Source of the DNA: the human T2T-CHM13v2.0 reference genome, Homo sapiens
DNA length: 64,000 nt
Reading direction: 5' to 3' (one strand)
Assembly (NCBI RefSeq): GCF_009914755.1
Contig: NC_060940.1
Shown: one piece after another, positions 16,323-30,457 of the stretch
How the letters are laid out: each line of letters starts with the position of its first letter
Numbering within the stretch: position 1 is the stretch's first letter
Made by a program: the position numbers and the translations under genes
Notes under the pieces: generated by a model
What the model was told of the DNA's origin: nothing
The model's database searches: none
Seen by the model: the letters and a program-made list of their open reading frames with translations, nothing else

Positions 16323-16402
16323 GACGTGACCACGCAGTCTGTGATGGGGTTTGATCCTCTGCCTCCTTCGGACACAATCTACTCCTACGTCAGGCCAGAG
16401 AG
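16323..16402 (+). CDS. TCF25: TCF25 coding exon 16 (80 bp; [26 protein letters not shown])
   Basis: tctgaag| acceptor, weak GAG|GTACCT donor. Confidence 0.93.
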
Positions 16403-19100
16403 GTACCTCCCTCCTTCCAGTTCCCACCTCCCAGCTCCCACCTCCCTCCTCCCAGCTCCCGGCTCCCACCTCCCAGTTCCCACCTCCCAGCTCCCACCTC
16501 CCTCCTCCCACCTCCCTCCTCCCTCCTCCCAGCTCCCTCCTCCCAGCTCCCTCCTCCCAGCTCCCACCTCCCAGTTCCCACCTCCCAGCTCCCACCTCCC
16601 TCCTCCCTCCTCCCAGCTCCCACCTCCCAGCTCCCACCTCCCTCCTCCCTCCTCCCAGCTCCTGGCTCCCACCTCCCAGTTCCCACCTCCCAGCTCCCAC
16701 CTCCCTCCTCCCAGTTCCCACCTCCCAGTTCCCACCTCCCTCCTCCCTCCTCTCAGCTCCCGGCTCCCACCTCCCAGTTCCCACCTCCCAGCTCCCACCT
16801 CCCTCCTCCCTCCTCTCAGCTCCCGGCTCCCACCTCCCAGTTCCCACCTCCCAGCTCCCACCTCCCTCCTCCCTCCTCCCAGCTCCCGGCTCCCACCTCC
16901 CAGTTCCCACCTCCCAGCTCCCACCTCCCTCCTCCCACCTCCCTCCTCCCTCCTCCCAGCTCCCTCCTCCCAGCTCCCTCCTCCCAGCTCCCACCTCCCA
17001 GTTCCCACCTCCCAGCTCCCACCTCCCTCCTCCCTCCTCCCAGCTCCCAGCTCCCACCTCCCAGTTTCCACCTCCCAGCTCCCACCTCCCTCCTCCCTCC
17101 TCCCAGCTCCCGGCTCCCACCTCCCAGTTTCCACCTCCCAGCTCCAACCTCCCTCCTCCCTCCTTCCAGTTCCCACCTCCCAGCTCCCACCTCCCACCTC
17201 CCAGCACCCACCTCTCTCCTCCCTCCTCCCAGCTCCTGGCTCCCACCTCCCAGTTTCCACCTCCCAGCTCCAACCTCCCTCCTCCCTCCTTCCAGTTCCC
17301 ACCTCCCAGCTCCCACCTCCCAGCTCCCACCTCTCTCCTCCCTCCTCCCAGCTCCCGGCTCCCACCTCCCAGTTTCCACCTCCCAGCTCCAACCTCCCTC
17401 CTCCCTCCTTCCAATTCCCACCTCCCAGCTCCCAGTTCCCACCTCCCAGCTCCCGCCTCCCACCTCCCAGCTCCTGCCTCCCTCCTCCCAGTTCCCAGCT
17501 CCCACCTCCCTCCTCCCGCCGCCTAGCTCCCACCTCCCAGCTCCCGCCTCCCACCTCCCAGCTACCGCCTCCCTCCTCCCAGTTCCCAGCTCCCACCTCC
17601 TACCTCCCAGCTCCCGCCTCCCACCTTACAGCCCCTGTCTCCTCCCTCCTCCCAGTTCCCAGCTCCCAGCTCCCGCCTCCCTCCTCTCACCTCCCCTGCC
17701 ACCTCCTGCCTCCCTCCTCCCAGCTCCCACCTTCCAGCTCCCGCCTCCCTCCTCCAAGTTCCCACCTTCCAACCCCGCCTCCCTCCTCTCAGTTCCCACC
17801 TCCCAGCTCCCACCTCCCAGCTCCCTCTTCCCTCCTCCCAGTTCCCACCTCCCAGCTTCCTCCTCCCACCTTCTAGTTCCCACTTCTTTCCTCACAGTTC
17901 CCACCTCCCAGCTCCCATCTTCCAGCTCCCAGCTCCCACCTCCCTCCTTCCAGTTTCCACCTCCCAGCTCCCACCTCCCACCTTCCAGTTCCCACCTCCT
18001 TCCTCGCAGTTCCCACCTCCCAGTTCCCACCTGCCAGCTCCCACCTCTTTCCTCGCAGTTCCCACCTCCCACCTTCCAGCTCCCACCTCCCAGCTCCCTC
18101 CTCCCACCTTCCAGTTCCCACCTCTTTCCTCGCAGTTCCCACCTCCCAGCTCCCGCCTCCCTCCTCCCAGCTCCCACCTCCCAGCTCCCACCTCCCACCT
18201 CCCAGCTCCCACCTCCCAGCTCCCACCTCCCTCCTCCCAGCTCCCACCTCCCTCCTCCCAGCTCCCACCTCCCTCCTCCCACCTCCCAGTTCCCGCCTCC
18301 CACCTCTCACCTCCCACCTCCCTCCTCCCAGTTCCCAGCTCCCAGCTCCCACCTCCCAGCTCCAACCTTCCAGCTCCCAGCTCCCACCTAGCAGCTCCCG
18401 GCTCCTGGCTCCCACCTCCCTCCTCCCACCTCCCACCTCCCAGCTCCCACCTCCCTCCTCCCACCTCCCACCTCCCTCCTCCCAGTTCCTACCTCCCATC
18501 TCCCAGCTCCCAGCTGCCACCTCCCAGCTTCTGCCTCCCTCCTCCCAGTTCCCACCTCCCAGCTCCCACCTCCCAGCTCCCGCCTCCCTCATCCTAGTTC
18601 CCACCTCCCAGCTCCCAGCTCCCTCCTCCCACCTCCCACCTCCCTCCTTTCACCTCCCACCTGCCACCTCCCGCCTCCCACCTTCCAGCTCCCGCCTCCC
18701 ACCTTCCAGCTCCCGCCTCCCTCCTCCCAGTTCCCACCTCCCACCTCCCAGCTCCCACCTCCCAACTCCCTCCTCCCACCCCCCACCTCCCTCCTCCCAG
18801 TTTCCACCTCCCCGTTCCCACCTCCCACCTCCCTCCTCCCACCTCCCAACTCTCTCCTCCCACCTTCCAGTTCCCACCTCCTTCCTCGCAGTTCCCACCT
18901 CCCAGCTCCCACCTTCCAGCTCCCAGCTCCCAGCTCCCGCCTCCCGCCTCCCAGCTCCCGCCTCCCGCCTCCCAGCTCCCAGCTCCTGCCTCCCACCTGC
19001 CAGCTCCCAGCTCCCGCCTCCCTCCTCCCAGTTTCCACCTCCCAGCTCCCACCTCGCAGCTCCCAGCTCCCAGCTCCCACCTCGCAGCTCCCAGCTCTCT
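16403..19100. repeat. About 2.7-kb C/T-rich VNTR of 7-mer variants (CTCCCAC/CTCCCAG/TTCCCAC/CTCCCTC), TCF25 intron 16
   Basis: Starts immediately at the exon 16 donor; minus strand is G-run rich. Confidence 0.97.
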
Positions 19101-19419
19101 CCTGCAGCTCTGAGGTCAGGGCTTTGGGGCTCACAGGGACTGGCTGCCTCTTTCAGACCCAGATGCTGAGAGATGGGGCTCAGGGCTAAGTGGGTCTTTC
19201 CCCTCACAGGAAGGGAGAGGAGGAGAGGAACAGTGTTATTTGGGGGTCACAGCTCTGCGTTTGCAGGCCACGTTCTTTCCCATCTCCACCGAATGTACAA
19301 GCGCTTGCGTGTCGGCCTCTGTGGCAGGTGCGAGTGACACAGTGGAAGCAGGTGTGCAGTGAAGTGGGGAAAACATATTAATTTTAGAATGTAGAAATAA
19401 ACATAAAATCAAAACTGCA

Positions 19420-20048
<629 letters not shown>

Positions 20049-20835
20049 TCACGATGTGCCGAGGCCCTGTGCCAGGAGCAGAGCACACGGCACATTGAGA
20101 GAACAAAAGCCCCATGGCCAGACCGGGAGAGCAGGGCTGCGGCGCAAGAGGGCCAACTGCCAGGCGGCCGGTGTGTCTGGCTTTCAGAATCCGGGTCATT
20201 GAAAGGCTTTTTACCTTTTCCTTCTGGGCTGGAAAGTACTTGCCTTACCCAGGCCCCGTCACCCGCACAGCGGTCGTCGTGATTATCCCTGCCGGCAGGG
20301 TGTTGCAGCATTGAGGAATCGCGGTTCTTTGCTGCCTCCCTCCGCTGTGGAGCCCAGGCTTTCGCCCTCCCTAGAGCTCCTGAGGCCTGGCCGCTCAGCG
20401 TCCTGTAGAGCCGGGCCGGTAGCCCTTCGCACCGTGAGGGTCTCCGCTTAACGCAGGCCCTGGAAGCTTCTGCCTTTGCGTAAGGAGTGGGTGCTGAAGG
20501 AGACGTTGAAACTGCAGCTTTTCTGAAAAGCAAGGCACCTGTGCAGTGGCCGAGGATGGCTGTGGGAGCCTCGCTCCGGACGCCACGCCTGCCTCAGCTG
20601 AGTTGGTCTCCCTCATCCTGTTCCCGCTGTCCACAGCCCCACCCTAAGCTGATGAGGAAGCCTCACGGGCCACCCGGGGAATCCAGGGCCTGTGCTCAGC
20701 TGCTGCTGCTCTGCCCCCTGGCGGCCCCTCCGTGTCCCTGCGAGGGAGGCAGCTGGCAGGCAGCCCCGTGAGCCGGGTTGGGTCCCACGAGTCTCAGTTC
20801 AGTGTCGTTTCTGACTTTTCTTGACTTTCTTTCAG

Positions 20836-20908
20836 GCTAAGTCCTATCAGCCATGGAAACACCATTGCTCTCTTCTTCCGGTCACTGTTGCCAAACTATA
20901 CCATGGAG
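20836..20908 (+). CDS. TCF25: TCF25 coding exon 17 (73 bp; [25 protein letters not shown])
   Basis: ctttcag| acceptor, GAG|GTAGGT donor. Confidence 0.95.
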
Positions 20909-21324
20909 GTAGGTTGAGCTCGTCCCAGCCCCTGCCTCCCCAGTGGGTGCGGGCATATCCATTCCAGTGCGAATGCCTGGAGCCTCCTTGAACCAGGACT
21001 GTGCCAGCCGGCACAGGGAGCAGGGAAGGACCAAGGCTGCATTGTGCCAGTGGGGTGCCCATTCTGCCGGGGAAACTGGGGCCTGCCCAGATGGTAGCAG
21101 ATGCAGGGCCGTGAGTCAGCCGGCTTGATCCCACTCTGTGCCTGGCTTGGTCTAGACACGGCATTTGGTTTTGAGAGCTTCCTCCTCACAGGGACCTGGG
21201 GAGGGTTCAGGGTCCGGTGCTGGGGCAAGGGCCACCTCGGGCTCCACAGTGCCTCCTGCTTGGGCCCCGGGCCCCTAGTCCCAGCACAGACAGCCCCCTT
21301 CTCAGACATGTCCCCTTGCTGCAG

Positions 21325-21483
21325 GGGGAGAGGCCCGAGGAAGGAGTGGCTGGGGGTCTGAACCGCAACCAGGGCCTGAACAGGCTGATGCTGGCTGTGC
21401 GCGACATGATGGCCAACTTCCACCTCAACGACCTGGAGGCGCCGCACGAGGACGACGCTGAGGGGGAGGGGGAGTGGGACTGA
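21325..21483 (+). CDS. TCF25: TCF25 last coding exon ([11 protein letters not shown]...[10 protein letters not shown])
   Basis: gctgcag| acceptor; TGA at 21481-21483; C-terminus matches recalled TCF25 (ribosome quality control factor, Rqc1 orthologue). Confidence 0.95.
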   Translation, partial: GERPEEGVAGGLNRNQGLNRLMLAVRDMMANFHLNDLEAPHEDDAEGEGEWD

Positions 21484-21605
21484 GCGTCCGCAGAGGTGAC
21501 CGAAAAGCCGTATGATGATGTTCCCGATTTCTCTGTTGGTCGGAGTCGGCCAGTTGCCTGAAGTAGGGAAGCTGAGTGTGTCGCTCCCTGGTCCACTGTT
21601 TCTCC

Positions 21606-21611
21606 TATAAA
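21606..21611 (+). terminator. Probable TCF25 variant poly(A) signal TATAAA
   Basis: Best PAS-like hexamer near the stop; no AATAAA seen until 25273. Confidence 0.45.
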
Positions 21612-22042
21612 TGTAAATGGGTCACGCTCTGCCGTCCGCACCTTCTCCTTTCGCAGGCACTGAGCGCCGTCCCATGCCCTCGGATTCGAATCACACTCAG
21701 TCCATTCTCCTCCCAGTGGCTTGTGGGTGAGGTGGGGCCCAGACCCCATGCTTCCTGTGCTCCCAGGATCTGGGCACGGGTGGAGAAGGGGCCCCACGGG
21801 GTCTTCAGTGCAGGTCCCTGCTGAATGCCAAGGCCCTGGGTGCACGTCCTCCTTGAACTTGCTGTGGAGTTCGTCAACAGAGCTGCGTGCCTTGTTGGTA
21901 GAGGGTCTCAGGGCAGGGCTGGAGCAGAGAGGCCCCTATGTGGCAGCCGGCCTTCAGTCTTGTTCCTCCAAGCAAGTGGGGTGGAGATGTTGGGGTCCTT
22001 TGGCTGGATGCCACTATCTGTTGAATCTGACAAAATAATTTT

Positions 22043-22334
<292 letters not shown>

Positions 22335-24149
22335 CTCTGCCAAAATAATTTTATTAGAGAACTTGAGGGCAGTGCCCAGAATTGAAGGCGAAGCCCCAGA
22401 AGCATGTTTTGCAGAGAAGTGCCCAGGGAAGCTCTGAGGGCCCATGTAGCAAAGATCAGGGGATAGTCGGTCTGAGGGTGAATGGGCCACTCGGACCAAG
22501 ACCCCAGTCTTGGGGGAGGGCTTAGCTGGAGCAGGTCCTGGCACAGTTGACTGATGGTGCACAGAACCCGTGCATCCCACGGCCCCACGGTGCTGCAGCT
22601 GCAGGAGGGGCGGAGGCTGCAGCCAGACAGCATCAGAAGCCAGCGTGGTTCTGGAAGGATCGAGAACACCAAGGTGTTAGGGCTGCAGCAGGGGTCCTGT
22701 CCCCTGGCACCCCTCACCGCCCTAATCTTTTACCCTTAGGAGGCAGCAGACACGAGGGGCTGCCCGAGGCTCTAGGGCGGCCAGTGAGGCAGGAAACATG
22801 TTCCAGCCCCAGCTAGGTACTGGTCCGTGGACCCACCTCCCAGAAAGCCCATCACTGTGTAATCGTCTAACCTGGGGCTCGCCGAGGCCTGTGAGTTCAT
22901 CCTTTTGGCAGTTCCTGGTGTCTCCTTACTCTGCTCAGCATTTCCTGGGCGGGAGCTTAGGGTGCAGGACCCTCCCCAGGACGACGAGGGCCCAGTGTCC
23001 ATGACAAGAGTTGGCCCGAGGGCTGAGCCACGTGTGCCCATCTCAGACGTGGGCCTGAGGGTGCAGCCCTGGCCCTGTGCTGGCCATTTCTAGGAGCGGT
23101 GCCCTGAGGTCCCAGCTGTGATAGCCCCACGCTCTGCAGGAAGAGATCATGGGGGCGGGGAGTTGGTGCTGCGGCCTCGTTCCTCTCTGCAGTGAGTGAA
23201 CGATGTTTGTGGTCAGCAGGAGCCTGTGGGGAGCACAGGCTGGTCCTCCTGGTGTCCCACCCACCCCTTTTTCCATGGGGGATCTGCACTCATCTCCAGG
23301 GAAGATGGTTGGGAGATAACCCCAGTCTGCTCTAGGTCCCCACCCTCCACAGCCAGGGTGGTCCGTGGTGAGCTTCAGCCATCGAGATGCGGGAGTCTGC
23401 TAGAGTCTTCAGGGTCTTTTCTCTGAAAATGACAGGCTAGCAAGGAGACCTGGGTCCCCTGCCTCTTCCATTCCAGATGCCTTGAGTCCACCCAAATAGG
23501 GGATGTGATGTTTGGAGCTGCAGCAGCCGCCCTACGGTTGGGAGTCAGAGAAGAGCCGGTGTTCCAGGGACAATGCAGCAGAGGCTGAGCCCAGGCCTGC
23601 TGTCCTGAGAGGTGGCTGGATCACTGACACTTTGGCAGTGGTGCTGGGGTTTATGTCATGACCTGCAGCTGAGCCTACTTCCAATGACCGTGAGATCTGA
23701 AAGACTGTTTTGAGGGCGTAGCCTCTGCCATGATTGTGGGGAATGCTGTCCTGTTTCCTCCCTTGGCCCTGCTCAGCCCAGCGAGAGGCTGAGGCGCACG
23801 TGGCTCCCCGGGTGCCCACAGGCAGCGTGGCTCACCAGCCGGGCCCTTTTCCACTGAGCCAGAACCCCCCAAAGCCTTCAATGCAGGCACCACGGTGAGC
23901 CCACGAGAAACCCTGCTTGCCACCTCCCACACCCCCACCCCCAAGTTCAAAGGAAATGGTCCCTGAACCAAGGGCTGAGATCAGCTGTGGGTCCAGCTGT
24001 CCTGGGGAGCTGTACTGGAGCCCACCACGGTGGGACTGTTGGTCCGGCGGTGACCCCCACCTCCATGTCTGTGGCCGCAGCTGGACAGGCCACTCCCTGG
24101 GCCACAGAGATGTTTTACCTCTCGCAGCCCTCGGGCACACATTGAGCAG

Positions 24150-25246
24150 ATGTGTGTGTGTGTGCGTGTGTGGGTGGGTGCGCATTTGTGTGTGCCTGTG
24201 TGTGTGCGCATGTGGTGTGGGTGCACGTGTGTGCACGTGTGTGGGTAAACATTGTGTGTGCGCATACGTGTGTGGGTAAACATTTGTATGTGCACGCGTG
24301 TGTGGGTAAACGTGTGTGCGCACGTATGTATGTGTGTACATTTGTATGTGTGTACATTTGTATGCATGTGTGCCTGTGTGTGTGTGCCTGTGTGTGTGGG
24401 TGCACATTTGTGTGTGTGTGTGTGCCTGTGTGTGTGTGTGCACGTATGTATGTGTGCACACTTGTATGCATGTGTGCCTGTGTGTGTGGGTGCACATTTG
24501 TGTGTGTGTGCCTGTGTGTGTGGGTGCACATTTGTGTGTGTGGGTGCACATTTGTGTGTGTGTGCGCCTGTGTGGGTGCACATTTGTGTGTGTGTGTGCC
24601 TGTGTGTGTGCCTGTGTGTGTGGGTGCCTGTGTGTGTGGGGCACATTTGTGTGTGTGTGTGCCTGTGTGTGGGTGCACATTTGTGTGTGTGCCTCTGTGT
24701 GTGTGCCTGTGTGTGGGGGTGCACATTTGTGTGTGCGCCTGTGTGTGGGGGTGCACATTTGTGTGTGCGCCTGTGTGTGTGGGTGCACATTTGTGTGTGT
24801 GTGCGCCTGTGTGTGTGGGTGCCTGTGTGTGTGTGGGGCACATTTGTGTGTGTGTGTGTGCCTGTGTGTGGGTGCACATTTGTGTGTGTGCCTGTGTGTG
24901 TGTGCCTGTGTGTGGGGGTGCACATTTGTGTGTGTGTGTGCCTGTGTGTGGGGGTGCACATTTGTGTGTGTGTGTGCCTGTGTGTGTGGGTGCACATTTG
25001 TGTGTGTGTGTGCCTGTGTGTGTGGGTGCACATTTGTGTGTGTGTGCCTGTGTGTGTGGGTGCACATTTGTGTGTGTGTGTGCCTGTGTGTGTGGGTGCA
25101 CATTTGTGTGTGTGCCTGTGTGTGGGTGCACATTTGTGTGTGTGTGCCTGTGTGTGTGTGCCTGTGTGTGTGGGTGCACATTTGTGTGTGTGTGTGCCTG
25201 TGTGTGTGGGTGCACATTTGTGTGTGTGTGTGTGCCTGTGTGTGTG
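24150..25246. repeat. About 1.1-kb (TG)n-based compound minisatellite (GGGTGCACATT(TG)nCC(TG)n) between TCF25 and MC1R
   Basis: Direct inspection. Confidence 0.97.
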
Positions 25247-26601
25247 TTGCAGGCCCTGGATGCCAGACACTGAATAAACGCAGGAAGACGTCTGTCTTCA
25301 TTCTCCTCGTGGGTCGCTGGTCCAGAAACACCTGGATGGAAAGTGCTCTGCAGGAACGGTGCCTCTGCCTGTGGCGGGGACCCTGGTGAGCGGATGGGCC
25401 AGCCCCACGTGTCTTCCGGCCACTCAGCATGCAGTGTTTCCAGGGGCACTAAGAGACCAAAATCGAGATATGATTAGCTGTAGGATGTCATCTAATCACA
25501 GATCATCCCGAGGCTAATTTATCTCCCCCATGACCATAACACATCAAAAAGTTGACTTTTTGCAGCTCGGCTGTGCCTCATCTTCCCACGAAGCCCCGAC
25601 AGGCACATCCAGTGAGGAACCACAGTGGGAGTCCTGTGGCAGGGTCACCCCACTTCCGATGCCCTCCAGCTGCATCTTGGCACGAAAAAGGCTGCCCAGT
25701 TCTCATGCCCTTTCAAGTCCCGGGCTGGGGGGTAGCAGTGGAGGCTGGGGTTAACCGCCGTCCGTCTCAAAGGCCTCATTGTGGAGCTGCAAACACGAAC
25801 GTCCTTGAAATGTGAGGGGACAGTGCTCTGGGGCAGGGGCTGCTCACTGGTTCATGGCCAGAGGTGAGCGGGCTCTGGGTCTGGGTCTGTGAGGTGCTGT
25901 GGACGTCGGGGGTGCTCCTGGGGCAGGGACACAGCCACGGCCCTCACACCAGTGGAGCCGTCTTCCTTCCCGAGGCAGAGGCTTGGCCTTCTCACACCTT
26001 GGGACCCTTCTCTCCCCTGTGCTCATGCTGGAAGCACAGCGTGAGGGGGCAAAGGTCATGGGAGGCAAAAGGCTGGGCTGAGGCCGAGGCTCTGTGGCTG
26101 TGGCCGGATACCAGGTCCTGTGGTGGTGTGGGCAGGGCGCGCTCTCTCCTCTGAGCAGCCTGGGGCTGCGTGTGTGAACAGAAACAGGCCTGCCGATTTG
26201 AAGATGGTTTGACCAAGTCTCCCAAAGCTGAAGAGAGGTCCCTGCCCATGTCCCCCGGGTGGCAATCCACAGATGCACCTGTGTCCATCAGACGGTATCG
26301 TTGATAGGGAGTCTGAAGCCACCCAGACGTGGTCTGTTCACGCCGTGGACACCACGGTCTGAGGCAGACGGTTACAGCCACCGGCATAGGCGAATCTCAG
26401 CCAGAGAGAGTGAACTGGGACACCATTCACGTGATGGGCCAGATGGGCTGGCAGCGGCTCGCTGGAGCCGTCCGGGTGGGAACGCTGTGTCTGTTGGTCT
26501 GGTGCTGCTTATGTGGCTGGTTCAGGTCTGTCATCCGTCAACCTGCATATTTATCACTGGTGCATTTTCATGTATGTTGTACCTCAATTAAAACATTTTA
26601 G

Positions 26602-27810
<1,209 letters not shown>

Positions 27811-28120
27811 TGACAATAATAAAAAATTTTAAAGCAAAACTAAAGATTTATAAATTGTAAAATGCGGTTGTAACAAGTATTTACTGTACCAGTAAATATG
27901 AAAAATATTAATGTCCTCACACACATGGAGGTGGCTTGTGAGTGGTGTGAGCATTTCATGGTCAGAGTTTGGCAGTTGGGCGAGAGACAGGATGGATTTT
28001 AACTCGAACATCGCAGACACAAAACTGAAAACCCTGATGCGGTGCCTGCACCGTTGCCTCCTTTCCTGCAGCTGTAAATGGGACGAGTAATTCCATCCCC
28101 CTCCCGCTTCCACCCTTCAG

Positions 28121-28292
28121 CACAGACGCAGTCTTCAGCAAGGAAGTGCTGGGAACGCCCTGGAGTGAACCCAGGAAGATGCCTGCAGTGGGTGCCAGGG
28201 CCCCTCTCCACCGTCCCTGCTGGGCTTCGGGGCCACGCCCGACTGCTGTGAACGGCCTGCGGAGCACCACGTGCGACGGCTGGAGGCGAGAG
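28121..28292 (+). other. MC1R: Candidate non-coding upstream exon of spliced MC1R transcripts (172 bp), joining an acceptor at 29096
   Basis: cttccacccttcag| acceptor, GAG|GTCTGC donor; aaaacgcag| acceptor 408 nt upstream of the ATG; agrees with my recollection of an annotated spliced MC1R 5'UTR. Confidence 0.6.
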
Positions 28293-29042
28293 GTCTGCCT
28301 TTGATGTGGCTGTTGGTGCAGGGCCTGTGGTGCCTTCCGCAGCGGAAATGGCGCGCCGCCCGGGGAGGGCGGGAGCAGCGTCCCGGGTGCCCCTGTGAGG
28401 ATGAGCGACGAGATGACTGGAGGGTCCCTGAAGACCTCACTAGGGTGCCCCCAGCCGGTCCGCTCCCAGGAAGCGACACCCCCACAGCCCCAGGGCTGCA
28501 GCTGAGGGGGTCGCCACTCTGGCTGGGCGAGGCTGGGCCCTTGGGGGCAGGCGCCAGAGTGGCCTCAGGCTCTACAAGATGCCTGAAAACACCAACCTCT
28601 CCAGGGCTCACTAGCATTGGACGCTTTCACGCTCTGCCCTGGCCGGAAGCCCCCTCACCCCGCGCGATGTGCAAACTCCTGCAGGGCTCACTCAGTTTCC
28701 AGAACTTTAATTATTGGAAAGTTCTCCCTGGTCCAGCCCCCAAATCTGCCGTGAACGTTGACAGCTGAGTTGCTGCTCCATGCGTGCTTTGGCTGAGAGC
28801 AGAGGGGACCCCTGTCCTCCCTGAGCTGCTGACGAGGGGAGGGGTGAAGGGTGGGGCCTCTGGAGAGGGCAGGTCCCGGGGAAGCTCCGGACTCCTAGAG
28901 GGGCGGCCAGGTGGGGGCCCTGGTGACCAGGACAGACTGTGGTGTTTTTTAACGTAAAGGAGATCCGCGGTGTGAGGGACCCCCTGGGTCCTGCACGCCG
29001 CCTGGTGGCAGGCCGGGCCATGGTGGGTGCTCACGCCCCCGG

Positions 29043-29048
29043 CATGTG
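29043..29048 (+). promoter_or_regulatory. MC1R promoter E-box CATGTG (MITF-type) in a TATA-less GC-rich promoter
   Basis: 461 nt upstream of the ATG; MITF regulation of MC1R through a proximal E-box is established. Confidence 0.65.
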
Positions 29049-29503
29049 GCCGCCCTCAGTGGGAGGGGCTCTGAGAACGACTTTTTAAAACGCAGAGAAA
29101 AGCTCCATTCTTCCCAGGACCTCAGCGCAGCCCTGGCCCAGGAAGGCAGGAGACAGAGGCCAGGACGGTCCAGAGGTGTCGAAATGTCCTGGGGACCTGA
29201 GCAGCAGCCACCAGGGAAGAGGCAGGGAGGGAGCTGAGGACCAGGCTTGGTTGTGAGAATCCCTGAGCCCAGGCGGTAGATGCCAGGAGGTGTCTGGACT
29301 GGCTGGGCCATGCCTGGGCTGACCTGTCCAGCCAGGGAGAGGGTGTGAGGGCAGATCTGGGGGTGCCCAGATGGAAGGAGGCAGGCATGGGGGACACCCA
29401 AGGCCCCCTGGCAGCACCATGAACTAAGCAGGACACCTGGAGGGGAAGAACTGTGGGGACCTGGAGGCCTCCAACGACTCCTTCCTGCTTCCTGGACAGG
29501 ACT

Positions 29504-30457
29504 ATGGCTGTGCAGGGATCCCAGAGAAGACTTCTGGGCTCCCTCAACTCCACCCCCACAGCCATCCCCCAGCTGGGGCTGGCTGCCAACCAGACAGGAG
29601 CCCGGTGCCTGGAGGTGTCCATCTCTGACGGGCTCTTCCTCAGCCTGGGGCTGGTGAGCTTGGTGGAGAACGCGCTGGTGGTGGCCACCATCGCCAAGAA
29701 CCGGAACCTGCACTCACCCATGTACTGCTTCATCTGCTGCCTGGCCTTGTCGGACCTGCTGGTGAGCGGGAGCAACGTGCTGGAGACGGCCGTCATCCTC
29801 CTGCTGGAGGCCGGTGCACTGGTGGCCCGGGCTGCGGTGCTGCAGCAGCTGGACAATGTCACTGACGTGATCACCTGCAGCTCCATGCTGTCCAGCCTCT
29901 GCTTCCTGGGCGCCATCGCCGTGGACCGCTACATCTCCATCTTCTACGCACTGCGCTACCACAGCATCGTGACCCTGCCGCGGGCGCGGCGAGCCGTTGC
30001 GGCCATCTGGGTGGCCAGTGTCGTCTTCAGCACGCTCTTCATCGCCTACTACGACCACGTGGCCGTCCTGCTGTGCCTCGTGGTCTTCTTCCTGGCTATG
30101 CTGGTGCTCATGGCCGTGCTGTACGTCCACATGCTGGCCCGGGCCTGCCAGCACGCCCAGGGCATCGCCCGGCTCCACAAGAGGCAGCGCCCGGTCCACC
30201 AGGGCTTTGGCCTTAAAGGCGCTGTCACCCTCACCATCCTGCTGGGCATTTTCTTCCTCTGCTGGGGCCCCTTCTTCCTGCATCTCACACTCATCGTCCT
30301 CTGCCCCGAGCACCCCACGTGCGGCTGCATCTTCAAGAACTTCAACCTCTTTCTCGCCCTCATCATCTGCAATGCCATCATCGACCCCCTCATCTACGCC
30401 TTCCACAGCCAGGAGCTCCGCAGGACGCTCAAGGAGGTGCTGACATGCTCCTGGTGA
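29504..30457 (+). CDS. MC1R: Melanocortin 1 receptor, 317 aa, single coding exon; carries p.Ile120Thr
   Basis: [16 protein letters not shown]...KEVLTCSW; class A GPCR DRY and DPLIY motifs; 954 nt. Confidence 0.99.
   Translation: MAVQGSQRRLLGSLNSTPTAIPQLGLAANQTGARCLEVSISDGLFLSLGLVSLVENALVVATIAKNRNLHSPMYCFICCLALSDLLVSGSNVLETAVILLLEAGALVARAAVLQQLDNVTDVITCSSMLSSLCFLGAIAVDRYISIFYALRYHSIVTLPRARRAVAAIWVASVVFSTLFIAYYDHVAVLLCLVVFFLAMLVLMAVLYVHMLARACQHAQGIARLHKRQRPVHQGFGLKGAVTLTILLGIFFLCWGPFFLHLTLIVLCPEHPTCGCIFKNFNLFLALIICNAIIDPLIYAFHSQELRRTLKEVLTCSW

Noticed and set aside
16305-19207. Long minus-strand Gly/Trp/Glu/Arg-rich ORFs
   Set aside because: Products of the stop-poor heptamer VNTR; no promoter or splice support on the minus strand.
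23832-25449. 340-530-aa His/Thr and Cys/Val ORFs in several frames
   Set aside because: Translation of the (TG)n array; open in nearly all frames, so compositional.
29453-29503. 17-aa N-terminal extension of MC1R in the ORF track
   Set aside because: It begins at a GTG codon; the established start is ATG 29504.
29714-30406. Antisense ORF over MC1R (likewise 45218-45880 over TUBB3)
   Set aside because: Typical antisense shadow ORFs of high-GC3 coding sequence.
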